DNA of 64,000 nt, from positions 18,979,653 to 19,043,652 of the forward strand of contig NC_134028.1 of NCBI RefSeq assembly GCF_964204645.1, written 5' to 3'. Made by a program: the position numbers and the translations under genes. Numbering within the stretch: position 1 is the first letter of the stretch; each line of letters begins with the position of its first letter. The notes below the pieces were generated by a model that was given only the letters and a program-made list of their open reading frames with translations, was not told the DNA's origin and did no database searches. The stretch is from Tubulanus polymorphus (taxonomy: Eukaryota; Animalia; Nemertea). Below, piece by piece: positions 12,028 to 23,400 of the stretch.

Positions 12028-15000
12028 ATGACGGAAGAACTGAAATTGAAGAAAACTACAAGTAAGACAATACAGGAAGAAGATGCTGACTCCACGATTA
12101 AGTACGGTGACCTCACCCGTGACCTTGATGCATCAGACTCAGTAAGTCAGTGTTCAAGTACATCCTCGATACGTTTAAAGCTGTTAGAAGAAGAAGCTAC
12201 CAGACGTAGCCTAGAAACTAAGTTGCTGAAAGCCAAAGAACAGCAACAACTTCAGCGAGAAAAATTACGTCTCGAACTTAAACATAAAGAACAGCTCCTA
12301 GAGCTCGATGCTGCTGCGGCATTGCTACAAATCGAATCAGAACTGGAACAGTCGGCTGTAAGGCAGCATGTATATAACGAAGCAGATTGTGACAACGACG
12401 GTGCGCCGAGATCATCGAAACCAATTCTTAGTTCCAGTCAAACCGAAACAAAGGTGCCGCCACTATCGGCCGAAGCACGTGAGTGGTATCCGCAGAATGT
12501 TAACTCAAGAAGTGACATGAGTAATATGATGTCTTGCGTAGAACAAGTGTTTTCGCACCAACAGCAGAGTAATCTTGAATTAACTCTTCCGAAACCAGAG
12601 ATGCCCACTTTCGATGGCAATCCGATCGATTATTACCCGTTCATCTCTGCATATGAAAATCTTATTGCATCGAAAACTCAAAATGCAAGTACACGTTTAT
12701 ATATGTTACAACAGTATACGAAGGGTGAAGCCAACGAAGTAGTGAAAGCATTCTTAACCAATGAACCAAATGTTGGTCTCGCCAATGCGCTCGACGCCTT
12801 AAAAAGGCATTATGGCCAGAATTACCGGATCGCAACTGCGTATATCGACAAGGTTACGAATGGCCCTCCAATACGTTCCGAAGACGGAGCAAGTCTCCAG
12901 AAGCTATCTGTGATATTAAATTCTTGTGCGAATGTCCTAAGTCAAATTGGTTACGTGAGTAAAATAGAGAATCCAGACTTTATGCGTCGTTTGATCTACA
13001 GACTGCCTTACGACATGCGAAAGAGATGGCGTACGAAAGCAGATTACATCACGAACCTTGAACGAGAAATAACAATATCAGACATCGCTAGTTTTATTGA
13101 ACATGAAGCACGAGTTCATACTCATCCGATATTCGGGGACATTAATGACTCGAAAGATAAATCGAAACAGAATCATCCGATAAAAAAGAAAACATTTACT
13201 ACGAACGCTGAAGAAATATACTCTAAGGACTCACGAAAGAACTGTGTTTATTGTAGTGAAAATCACTGGCTTTATCAGTGTAAAATATTTTTAGACAAAT
13301 CAGTTGAAGATCGTCGTAAGTTTGCTCGTGAAAAGGCGCTATGCTATAATTGTATGAAGATGAAGCACAGAGCTAGGACATGTCGTAGTCAAGCATCGTG
13401 TCGTACATGTGGCAAACGCCATCATAGTCTGCTGCATACAGAACAGCCTCCACCCGTGAAGAATGCTTTTGTAAGAAATCCAGTTCCTGGAACAGTAAAG
13501 CTACCTATAGTACCAGTTTTGCTGAAAGCTAATGATTGTCAGCTAACAACGTACGCGCTACTCGACAGCGGCTCAACAGTTTCATTCTGTACCGAGAGCT
13601 TGATAGATCGTCTTAAAATTCCTGCTGAGTATAAACGCTATCAGCTGAGCACTTTAGGAAGGGTTGAGACTGTTGAGTGTCGGGAAATATCAATCAATGC
13701 CTATAGTTTGGATGGGTGCAGTTCTCTTCAGCTGCGGAACATGCTATCTACACCGTCCTTACCAGTCTCGAAGAATGACATGGTATGTCAAGACGAAGTC
13801 AACAAGTGGCCCCACCTGGATGGCGTTACAGTCTCAAACATCGACTCTCGTGTGGAGCTGCTGATAGGTAACGACAATCCAGCTGCATTGGAACCAATAG
13901 AAGTACGGAAACCGGCTAACAGCAACGGTCCATTTGCTGTACGTACACAGTTCGGCTGGACAGTATATGGTACAGCCCAGCCATATGAAGTGATCAACAA
14001 AGGTTCAGTTAATCTAGTCAAAGGCAGCGATGATGAACTTAATCAGAGATTCCGTGAATTCTGCAATCGTGAATTCAGCGACGCATTTACTGATGCTTCA
14101 GCTATGTTAGTGGATGACAAGAAAGCTCTCTCAGCGATCGAGAGTACAGCTGTTATGAGAGAAAATCATTACGAGGTAGGGTTACCATGGAAATACCCTC
14201 CTTCAGAATTGGTCAACAATAGAGTTATGGCCGAACACAGATTGAATCTACTGAAGGGTCGTCTCCTAAAAAATGAAGAATTACAAGCTAAGTATACAAA
14301 ATATATTGATCGTCTGTTGGAGCTCGGATTCGCCGAACAAGTCCCAGTTGAAGAAGTTGTATCGCCATATGTCTGGTACTTGCCTCACCACCCAGTATGG
14401 CATCCGCGGAAACCAGACAAGCTTAGAGTGGTATTCGACTGTTCAGCTAAATATCAGGGTAGATCACTAAACGACATGCTGTATCAGGGACCAGATCTCA
14501 CTAATTCCTTGATTGGTGTATTAAGTCGCTTCCGACAGGAACATGTCGCATTCATTGGAGACATAGAGAGCATGTTTCACCAGGTGAATGTTGAAGAACG
14601 AGATCGAAACGCGTTACGCTTCCTGTGGTGGCCAGACCACGATATTGAACAGCCACCTATTGACCACCGTATGAAGGTTCACATCTTCGGAGCAGCCTCA
14701 TCACCAAGTGTTTGTAACTATGCTCTACATAGGACAGCAGACGACAACAGAGCGGACTTTGCCGCAGATATAGTTGAAACGGTACATCGAAACTTTTACG
14801 TGGACGATTGTCTCAGGTCTGTGGAATCGTCTCAAGCTGCCACAACAATGATCAATCAGTTAAGCTGTCTATTGTCAAGAGGTGGATTTCGACTGACTAA
14901 GTTTGCTTCAAATTCGAGAGAAGTTGTCGAACACCAGAAGAACGAGCACCCCCTCTGCGCGAATTGGGTGATCATGATCTGCCTGGTGACCGCGTCCTCG

Positions 15001-15045
15001 GCGTCTGGTGGGACATGGAAACTGATACGTTACGTTTTAAAGTGA
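12028..15045 (+). CDS. BEL/Pao Gag-protease-RT polyprotein; leaves the pol frame at ~14931
   Basis: DUF1759-type gag (PTFDGNPIDY), three Cys/His knuckles, protease LLDSGS, RT motifs YLPHHPV, KLRVVFDCSA and FYVDD. ATG at 12028. Confidence 0.9.
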   Translation: MTEELKLKKTTSKTIQEEDADSTIKYGDLTRDLDASDSVSQCSSTSSIRLKLLEEEATRRSLETKLLKAKEQQQLQREKLRLELKHKEQLLELDAAAALLQIESELEQSAVRQHVYNEADCDNDGAPRSSKPILSSSQTETKVPPLSAEAREWYPQNVNSRSDMSNMMSCVEQVFSHQQQSNLELTLPKPEMPTFDGNPIDYYPFISAYENLIASKTQNASTRLYMLQQYTKGEANEVVKAFLTNEPNVGLANALDALKRHYGQNYRIATAYIDKVTNGPPIRSEDGASLQKLSVILNSCANVLSQIGYVSKIENPDFMRRLIYRLPYDMRKRWRTKADYITNLEREITISDIASFIEHEARVHTHPIFGDINDSKDKSKQNHPIKKKTFTTNAEEIYSKDSRKNCVYCSENHWLYQCKIFLDKSVEDRRKFAREKALCYNCMKMKHRARTCRSQASCRTCGKRHHSLLHTEQPPPVKNAFVRNPVPGTVKLPIVPVLLKANDCQLTTYALLDSGSTVSFCTESLIDRLKIPAEYKRYQLSTLGRVETVECREISINAYSLDGCSSLQLRNMLSTPSLPVSKNDMVCQDEVNKWPHLDGVTVSNIDSRVELLIGNDNPAALEPIEVRKPANSNGPFAVRTQFGWTVYGTAQPYEVINKGSVNLVKGSDDELNQRFREFCNREFSDAFTDASAMLVDDKKALSAIESTAVMRENHYEVGLPWKYPPSELVNNRVMAEHRLNLLKGRLLKNEELQAKYTKYIDRLLELGFAEQVPVEEVVSPYVWYLPHHPVWHPRKPDKLRVVFDCSAKYQGRSLNDMLYQGPDLTNSLIGVLSRFRQEHVAFIGDIESMFHQVNVEERDRNALRFLWWPDHDIEQPPIDHRMKVHIFGAASSPSVCNYALHRTADDNRADFAADIVETVHRNFYVDDCLRSVESSQAATTMINQLSCLLSRGGFRLTKFASNSREVVEHQKNEHPLCANWVIMICLVTASSASGGTWKLIRYVLK

Positions 15046-17429
15046 ATATTAAGCCACAACCTGTTACTCGACGTGGGATGTTGTCTGTAGTCAGTGCTAT
15101 TTACGATCCGCTCGGACTTGCTTCGCCATTACTGCTACCAGCGAAGGTCATATCTCAACACCTGTGTAAGTCCGGACTAGGTTGGGATGACAAAGTACCC
15201 GCGAATTATGAACGTGAGTGGAGTAATTGGCTGCAAGACCTACCCCTGCTGGAAGAGTTCTCAGTCCCAAGATGTATTAGACCTGCTAATTTTGGTCGCG
15301 CGACTTCAACACAGCTTCATCATTTTGCAGACGCATCTGAGAAAGGATTCGGTGCAGTTTCATACGTACGTCTTATTAATGAAAATGGGCACATACATTC
15401 TGCATTCTTAGCGTCAAGGTCGAGATTGGCCCCACTCAAGGTGATGTCAATACCACGTCTCGAGCTGTCTGCAGCAGTATTAGCAGTGAAACTAGATCGT
15501 ATGCTTCGCGAAGAACTCGACCTGGATATCGACAACTCCACATTCTGGTCCGACAGCCAGGCTGTCTTGAAGTACATCAGCAATACGAGTAGTCGTTTCA
15601 AGGTATTCGTCGCAAACAGGTTATCAGTTATCCAAGAAGGTTCAAATCCAGAGCAATGGAGATACATACCGGGGGTTTTAAACCCAGCCGATGAAGTCTC
15701 TCGAGGACTCACTGCTCAGCAATTCCTGCAAAATGACAGATGGGTTGCTGGGCCAGAGTTTCTACGAAAACAAGAAAGCGAATGGCCTCGACAAGAATTC
15801 GGAAATCACGATGTATCAATAGAAGATACAGAAGTTAAAAAGACATTTGTTTCAAAGGACTTGGAAATCAACTCATCGTCAACCAGCGTGCTGCTAAACA
15901 TAGCAGATAGATCTTCAACGTGGCATAAGGCCAAAATTGTAGCGGCGTTGGTTATGCGTTTTATAGCAAGACTGAAACAATCTGTCTCTAAACGGAAGGG
16001 ACTAAATACTGCAGCTCAAGGTACCGCATACAAACATATAACTGTACCCGAATTGAGAGCTGCCGAAAGCGCCATTGTTGAAGCTGTACAGCGTAAAGTT
16101 TACGGTAAAGAAATGGAAAGACTGGAGCAGAACAGAACGACAGATAGACGTAAATATCGCAAATTCGTTAAGAAGACTAGTGTACTTCGGCGTCTAAACC
16201 CCATAGTGGTAAATGGACAGCTGAGAGTTGGTGGACGTCTGTCTTACTCAACAGGGAACGAGGACCAGAAGCATCCTTTAATACATTCACCAAATGAACA
16301 TGTAACTAAGCTTATTATCCGCCATTACCATCGTTATAGGGCTGGACATTCCGGTCGAAACCACGTTCTGTCACTTGTACGCGAGAAGTATTGGATAGTC
16401 CACGGTATGTCAGCAGTATATCGTATTCTGAGGGACTGCATTGACTGCAAAAAGAGACAAGGTCTTCCAGGTCAACAAATGATGGCGGACTTACCACCTG
16501 AAAGGCTAGTCGCTGATAAACCGCCTTTTTCGAACGTCGGAATTGATTATTTTGGTCCGTATTTGGTAAAGATCGGCAGAAGTCAAGTAAAGCGATATGG
16601 CTGTATTTTTACCTGTATGTCATCGCGAGCAGTCCACTTGGAAATCGCTAATTCTATGGACACCTCTGCGTTCATAAATGCTCTGAGACGTTTCATAGCC
16701 AGGAGGGGCAACCCGGAGTGTATAAGAAGTGATAATGGAACCAACTTTACTGGAGCTCAACGAGAATTACGTGATTCAATAGCTGGGTGGAACCAGGAGA
16801 AAATCGAAGGATTCATGCTCCAGCGCGAAATTACGTGGGAATTTAATCCGCCAAGTGGATCGCACTTCGGTGGCGTATGGGAGCGTTGCATGAGAACAGT
16901 TCGAAAGGTGCTTAATGCGTTGTTAAGCCAACAAGTGTTAAACGACGAGAATTTGTCCACTCTTATGTGCGAAGTGGAATCTGTAATTAACTCGCGTCCA
17001 CTTACCGCGATTTCTGGAGATGTCAGTGACTTACAGGCCCTAACGCCTAATCATATCTTGCTCTTGCGCGCCGGAGGCACCATGCCGCCAGGTGTCTTTA
17101 AACCTACTGATATGTATATAAAGAGAAAGTGGCGTCAAGTACAGTATCTTGCCAATACGTTTTGGCGACGTGCATGGGTTAAAGAGTATTTGCCTGTGTT
17201 ACAGGAGCGCCAGCGATGGCAAAAGCCGAGCGTCAATTTTAGCGTTGGTGACATTGTTTTAGTGATGGACCACACACTCCCTAGGTGTTGTTGGCCGCTA
17301 GGCCGAGTTATTAGCGTACATCCGGGAAAGGACAATAAAGTCAGGGTTGTTACCTTGAAGACAAGGTCGCAAAATTCTCTTTTACGCCCAGTTGATAAAC
17401 TTGTGCACCTCGAGTGTGTACATAAGTAA
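14933..17429 (+). CDS. BEL/Pao RNase H (peptidase A17 region) and integrase, continuation after the frameshift
   Basis: Motifs YDPLG, LHHFADASE, SIPRLEL, NPAD, HHCC zinc finger, GIDYFGP, SDNGTNF, GGVWER and a DUF5641-like C-terminus. Confidence 0.92.
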
Positions 17430-19706
17430 CTTTGTAACAATTTGTATTAATTTGTAATTTTAAAGAGCGTAAACAGAATTTCTTAAGATAAGCCTATAGT
17501 GGTTTAATGTTAAGCTGGTTATGTGATGTTTTTTGATAATTTTGTAGTTTGTAGTACTAAGGTTTTTTGGTTTTATAAGCATAAGGCTAGTTTTTTAAAT
17601 TTTTTGTTTTAAGCGCCCTACGTGCCCTTAAGAAGGTGGGTGATGTAGTGTTCAATTGTGTAATTTGTAACAGTTAATTTTGCTCTAGCTAGTGGCGCCC
17701 TCATGCGGTATTTCTTTGTACTAAAAGTTAAGATGGTATCCATGTGATTGCAATTTTAAGACAGTTTTAGTTTTTACGTTTGTTTCTGCCAAATTTATGT
17801 TAGATCAATCCCAAAACGTCTGTAAGTACATAGCAGAATATCTTCTAAATGTGTATTAATATTCAGTAATCAGTAACTATAGTTTAATGTGCTTTAAATC
17901 AGTCGCGAAAGTTTATTAAATTTAGTTATTGAGTACGTGACTTCCGGTAAAGATGGAAGACATTTTTTTTTTTACTTTCGATATTAATTTCCTATGTTGC
18001 AATATTCTTATAGTGTAATATTGTTTATTTTATTAGAAACCAACAACAACATATGTAAAGAACAACGACAAGATATGTCAAGAACAACACAAGATTAAGT
18101 TGATTCAAGAATAAAAAAGTCAAAGAGTTGCGTTTAAACCAAGAAGATTGTTGCGTTAAGTTTATTTGCAAGATTCAAGATTGGCAGTTACAATATCCGT
18201 GGCGAGCTTTTCCAGGGATTTAAAAAGTTGAGCTGTACACAAGGAATGTTGTGTTGTCCAATATCCGTGATTACCTCTGGCGTGGAGAGATACAATCTAA
18301 AACCAACCATAGAGTCAAATATTTTACCACAATTTTTTATGATCAATAAAAAGATTGAGTAATAGACATTCAAACAGTATTATCTAAATTCCACTCCATT
18401 TTAAACTCATTCATCTCTACACAAACTCCAACTTGTTGAACAGTCCACATTAAAATTAGGGACCACTATTCTTGCTCATCTACACTGGCTACCAATCTAA
18501 CAAAGGATTAAATTTGAGTGTTTGATGTTATAACAATACCAGACTGAATTATTCGGTTTCTACTTTTAAATTGAACATTTATATCACATATTGGGCATCA
18601 ATTTTACTAGTATATATGGAATAACCTATCCATATATCATGTTCAATTTTATATAATCTGACTTTTGAGATGTCATTCAATCAATGCATTCACATGCGGT
18701 CGTCGCTTTCAATAGCCACCACGGACTGGCTCCTTATTGGCGGACGATCATGACGCCAATCGTTCTTTTAAAGATCTTTCTTTCTCGAAAAAAGATTTTC
18801 TTAAAAACTTTGATTATGGCGAATCTTTTATGTGTCCGATAGTTAAACCTTCGGGTATTATACTAGAACACAAATTTTTAAAGATATTCATAACATACTG
18901 AAGGATATCACAGTTTATACCCGAAGATATGCAGTTGGATAGATCTTTTTGTTTCGACTCGCATGCGACAGTAAAAACATTACTTGATATAATAAGTGAA
19001 CTTCATCATTGATATTTTCACTAATCTACTTGAATTCCAAAAAAGAACTGACAATGAAAAAGGGTTACAGCTGTGACTGATATCACTCCAAATTTCAATT
19101 CCTATGAACACTTTTCATATAAAGAAAACTATTAACGAAACAGATTTTAGAGGCAAAGAATCCGCGTTACCATCGAATTTTCAAAACTTGAAGGAATGGT
19201 TAATGCCTCGGTGACCACTTGTCTAGTACGCGGTTTTCTGAAATGAAAGTGGCGTCTAAAGAACAACTATTGTATCATATGATTTCAAATATTAGGAACC
19301 CAATGCGTTTAATGATTTAATTAATTGGTATCGCGCAGATTGGTTGAAAGACGGGTGTTAGTCACCTTGTGATTTAATTGTTTTTCATGCATCGAAATTT
19401 TTAATTAATCTTATTATAACTTATTTGTAGGCGCTTCCCGCAAACATTTTCTATTCGTTGAGTTTTCAAACGCAGTACTGTTCAGATGATTCGAGTCAAG
19501 TAGTAAAAAAGTTTATGTATTAGCATTACTATGCAGTGAAAATAACGCACTGCGGCAAGTGAGGTGCTGTGATCCAGATGTGTAACCCATTTATGGGTAA
19601 TAAATTTCCATCATGTCAACGCCATTCAAAAACAGTAGCAAAACTTTCTGCTGGTTTCTAGAAATAGCAATACGACGACAAGCTTTTTCGAATTCGACCA
19701 CGATAT

Positions 19707-20300
19707 TTGAGAAGTTTCACTTGGGCAGTGGTGGTCAGTGATGGTCAATTTATGAATTTTAATGGCGAATCCTTTCTAGTTTCACACCAAATGCGGTACC
19801 GGTATATCGTTCTTTCAAGAAGTTTCAATTGGTCAGTGGTGGTCAGTGATGGTCAATTTATGAATTTTCAATGGCGAATCCTTTCAAGTTTCACATCAAA
19901 TGCGGTACCGGTATATCGTTCTTTCAAGAAATTTCAATTGGTCAGTGGTGGTCAGTGATGGTCAATTTATGAATTTTAATGGCGAATCCTATCTAGTTTC
20001 ACACCAAATGCGGTACCGGTATATCGTTCTTTCAAGAAGTTTCAATTGGTCAGTGGTGGTCAGTGATGGTCAATTTATTAATTTTCAATGGCGAATCCTT
20101 TCTAGTTTGACACCATAACGCGGTATATCGTTTTCATATTCGAGAAGTTTGAATTGGTCATTGGTGGTCAGTGATGAATTTGCAATGACGATTCCTTTGT
20201 AGTTTGAAAACAAACATTACATGATAAATTTCCGGAATTCGAAGTCAAGTGTTCAGACTCGGGGATATCTCAATTGGTCAGTTACTGACCATCATGGTGT
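19707..20300 (+). repeat. ~115-bp tandem array (GGTCAGTGGTGGTCAGTGATGGTCA), right subterminal array of the TIR element
   Basis: About five units. A homologous array lies at 25820-26430. Confidence 0.85.
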
Positions 20301-20417
20301 CACCATTGTGGCCTATAGCTCAAATGAAACATGTGGAACCGACGAAGGGGCCCAAAAGCGTTAAGACATTTCCTGGAGTGACGTGATCCAAAAATGCCCT
20401 AACTGGAAAAGGCAGCA

Positions 20418-23400
20418 TTATGAGAATGCCGGTTTGCTAGCGTATCTATTTAACACCCGTATTGCTCGGGTGACTTTTACTACCAACGGGTGGCGCTGTG
20501 TGTAAATTTCACATAAATCAACGACTTTCGGCTATTAGCGGTACATAAGACCACTTGAAAACATCATAGTCAATTACGGTAGAAGTGAAAATAAAAAGTT
20601 ACAGTTCGGTGTACAGCACCATAGCACCCATATAATACCACATACATTTCATTCAGACTAAGGACTTAGTTAACACTGATCTTCATTTCCATTAATTAAT
20701 GATCTGTTGAATTAATTAGTAATTCAGTCTTTCGGTGGTTCGAGATAAAATGCCCGCAAAATAAGAACTAACGAACCAGGGCTGACCACAAATTGCCCAA
20801 CAGATAAATTTTCCGAAACGACACAATAATGTTTAGTATCAAATAACTCGTGGCGTGGACCTTGGTCTATCAACTGACCAATGCATGACCAGTACTGGCT
20901 ATATAGTAAATTATCTGTTTTGCAAACAATTAAGTTATTTGGTGTCAAATAACTAGATATAATGTGGACATTAAACTAAAAATTGTTTAACAGACCAATG
21001 CTTGACCAGTACTGACCAGTTACCACTAACTAGAACCCACCATATGTAATTTATATGTTTAGTAAAGCAATAAAATCGCGTTTGGGCGTCGAGCTACTAG
21101 ATACGGTGCGGGCTATGATCTAACAACTATTTAACTGACCAATATTTTACCAATACTGACCTTAAAGTAATTTGTTTATTCTAGAAGCAACACAGTCGTG
21201 TTTGGTGTCTAATAATTAGAAATGGTGTGGGCTTTCATCTAACAACTATTCAAGTGACCAAATATTGACCAATACTGACCACATAGCTATATTTATCTGT
21301 TTCGGACACAACTTAGTCGTGTCTCGTATCAAATAATTTCATTCGGTCTGAACGTAAATATAACAACTCTTTTACCTGTACCAGCCTAACCAGTACTGTC
21401 TAATTACCGGTTAAATGTTTTTAGAAATAACACGGGGTATTGCCTGAATCCTTCGTCAGTACTACTCTTATTAAATGTGTCGTTTTAAAAGTCTTGTCCA
21501 ATTTTTATTGTAGGAAGCGAGCTAACTTTGAAATTTCCCACTAAATGCAAAAGATTTTCACATCGGGTTTTGAACGAACAACGTTTCGATTTGTAATTGT
21601 AACGTGCGCATTTTAGCCTGTAACGTGCACATTTCACTAGTGTAAACGTGCGTATCGGTACCATTATGCGAAACTTGTCAAACTTTTGCGTTCAAGACGT
21701 TTAAACTGAACACTAAAGGAGATATTATATCATATCATATCATATCATATATATGAATAATGAATAGATGGAAGATAATGTAGTAGTTTTGAATGTTTCG
21801 TAACTGCTGTCCACTGACCGCAGATCATCAAAGTTAATCGCCTCATATGAAATATATATTCGTTATAAGGGATGTAGTAGTTCAGCGAGAATTCAAACTT
21901 ATGGGTAATTTTAAGTGATCACAACGCTGACCAATAGAGAAAGCTGTATCACAACAAAAGTGCGACTTACGTATCTTATTGAAACATTGTAAAATACCGG
22001 AGAGTAAATGGGAGAACCCTGAATTCGAAACAATTCCACACTCGGATCGTTTACTTTGAAAACACAATTTGCAATTTGTGGACATCCATTATTTCTGCAC
22101 CAAAAGCATGAAGTATATTATCTTTGCTCGTAAAAATTTGAAATTTTGAGGAAGATTTTTGGCCTCGTTAACCTGTGAACACGTCCTTCATATATTTTCT
22201 AAGACCGATCTTGATATAATGCTGAGAGTTTAGAGAAAATTATGGTAGGATGTAAACTTAGGCTGCTTCGTATCCGTGGAGGGTTGCTAATTATTGATCT
22301 TATACACAATAATCATAAGTACGTAACACGAGACTCCATAGAATATCGTTTTTCAATCATACGTACACAAATTATTGCGATATAAAGATAAATAGTACTT
22401 TAATATACTTTTTACTTCTTATACTGAATATTTCTTTAGTAGTATTAATAAAGAGTGGATCAGCAGGCTACATGAGCCCATTCCACGATTTGAGGTCAGT
22501 TGCCAAAAGTTAGTAAGTTTACATACCAGTGGATAGTTAACATTTCAAATGACAATTAAAACTTCATTGCTAAAAATAACTTTGTATTCGTAGAATAGTC
22601 ACACTCAAATGCGGAGAATTGATAATACCATAATACGATACGAAAATTCACTGTGTACAAATTCAAAAAGATGATCTCTAGTGAACGATCGAACGTTGTG
22701 TCGTTATTTTCTAATGATAAAACTTGGCTTGTGATTTGAAATGTGTACATATTGGATCTTTTTCATATTAACAGTGTATTTGGTCATGTATCATATTGTA
22801 TAATGGTTAATTTAAACTAACTGGTTTTAGAGTTGTATCCTTAAATCCTGTAATAGAGGATGCAATCTTTTTGCGGCAAACAGTACAAATAGCTAGAAAA
22901 AGCAACGATAGTGCATTGGTAAACTTAAAGCAAGCGTACATTGGTTGTTTAGGTTTTTCGTTGGGAAAATTAATGTTTAATCATTATTGAAATATCCGAG
23001 GCGAGCTTTTCCAGGAATTTACAAAGTTGAGCTTTACACAAGGAATTTTTTTGTAGTCCGATATCAGTGATTACCTCTGGCTTGGAGAGATACAATCTAA
23101 AACCAACCGTCGAGTCAAATATTTTACCACAATTTTCTATGATTAGTAAAAAGATTAAGTAATAGACATAGGCATGCAAACAGTAATATCTGAAGTCCAC
23201 TCCATTTCAAACTCATTCATCTTTACACAAACTCCAACTTGTTGAACAGTTCAAAATCGCGTGGCTTGAATTATTACGATAGCTAAAATCAGGGACCACG
23301 ATACTTGCTCATCTACACTGGCTTCCAATTTAACAAAGGATTGAATTTGAGTGTTTGATGTTGTAACAATAGGCCTACCATACTGAATTATGGATTCGGT

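Larger units (their letters stand above)
11457..18192 (+). mobile_element. Full-length BEL/Pao LTR retrotransposon
   Basis: 549-bp LTRs at 11457-12005 and 17644-18192 (TGTA...TACA), identical by eye. 5-bp TSD ATATC (11452-11456, 18193-18197). PPT AAGAAGGTGGGTGA before the 3' LTR. Confidence 0.97.
9228..20415. mobile_element. Copy A of a ~4.5-kb non-coding TIR element; lacks the right terminus and is interrupted by a BEL/Pao element
   Basis: 9228-11456 aligns with 20418-22996. 18193-20415 aligns with 22992-26552 apart from a replaced central block. Confidence 0.8.

Noticed and set aside
19707-20300. Regular repeats resembling a CRISPR array (also 44630-45108 and 50130-50395)
   Set aside because: The intervening sequences are repeated too, so there are no unique spacers. 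No cas genes, and the context is eukaryotic.
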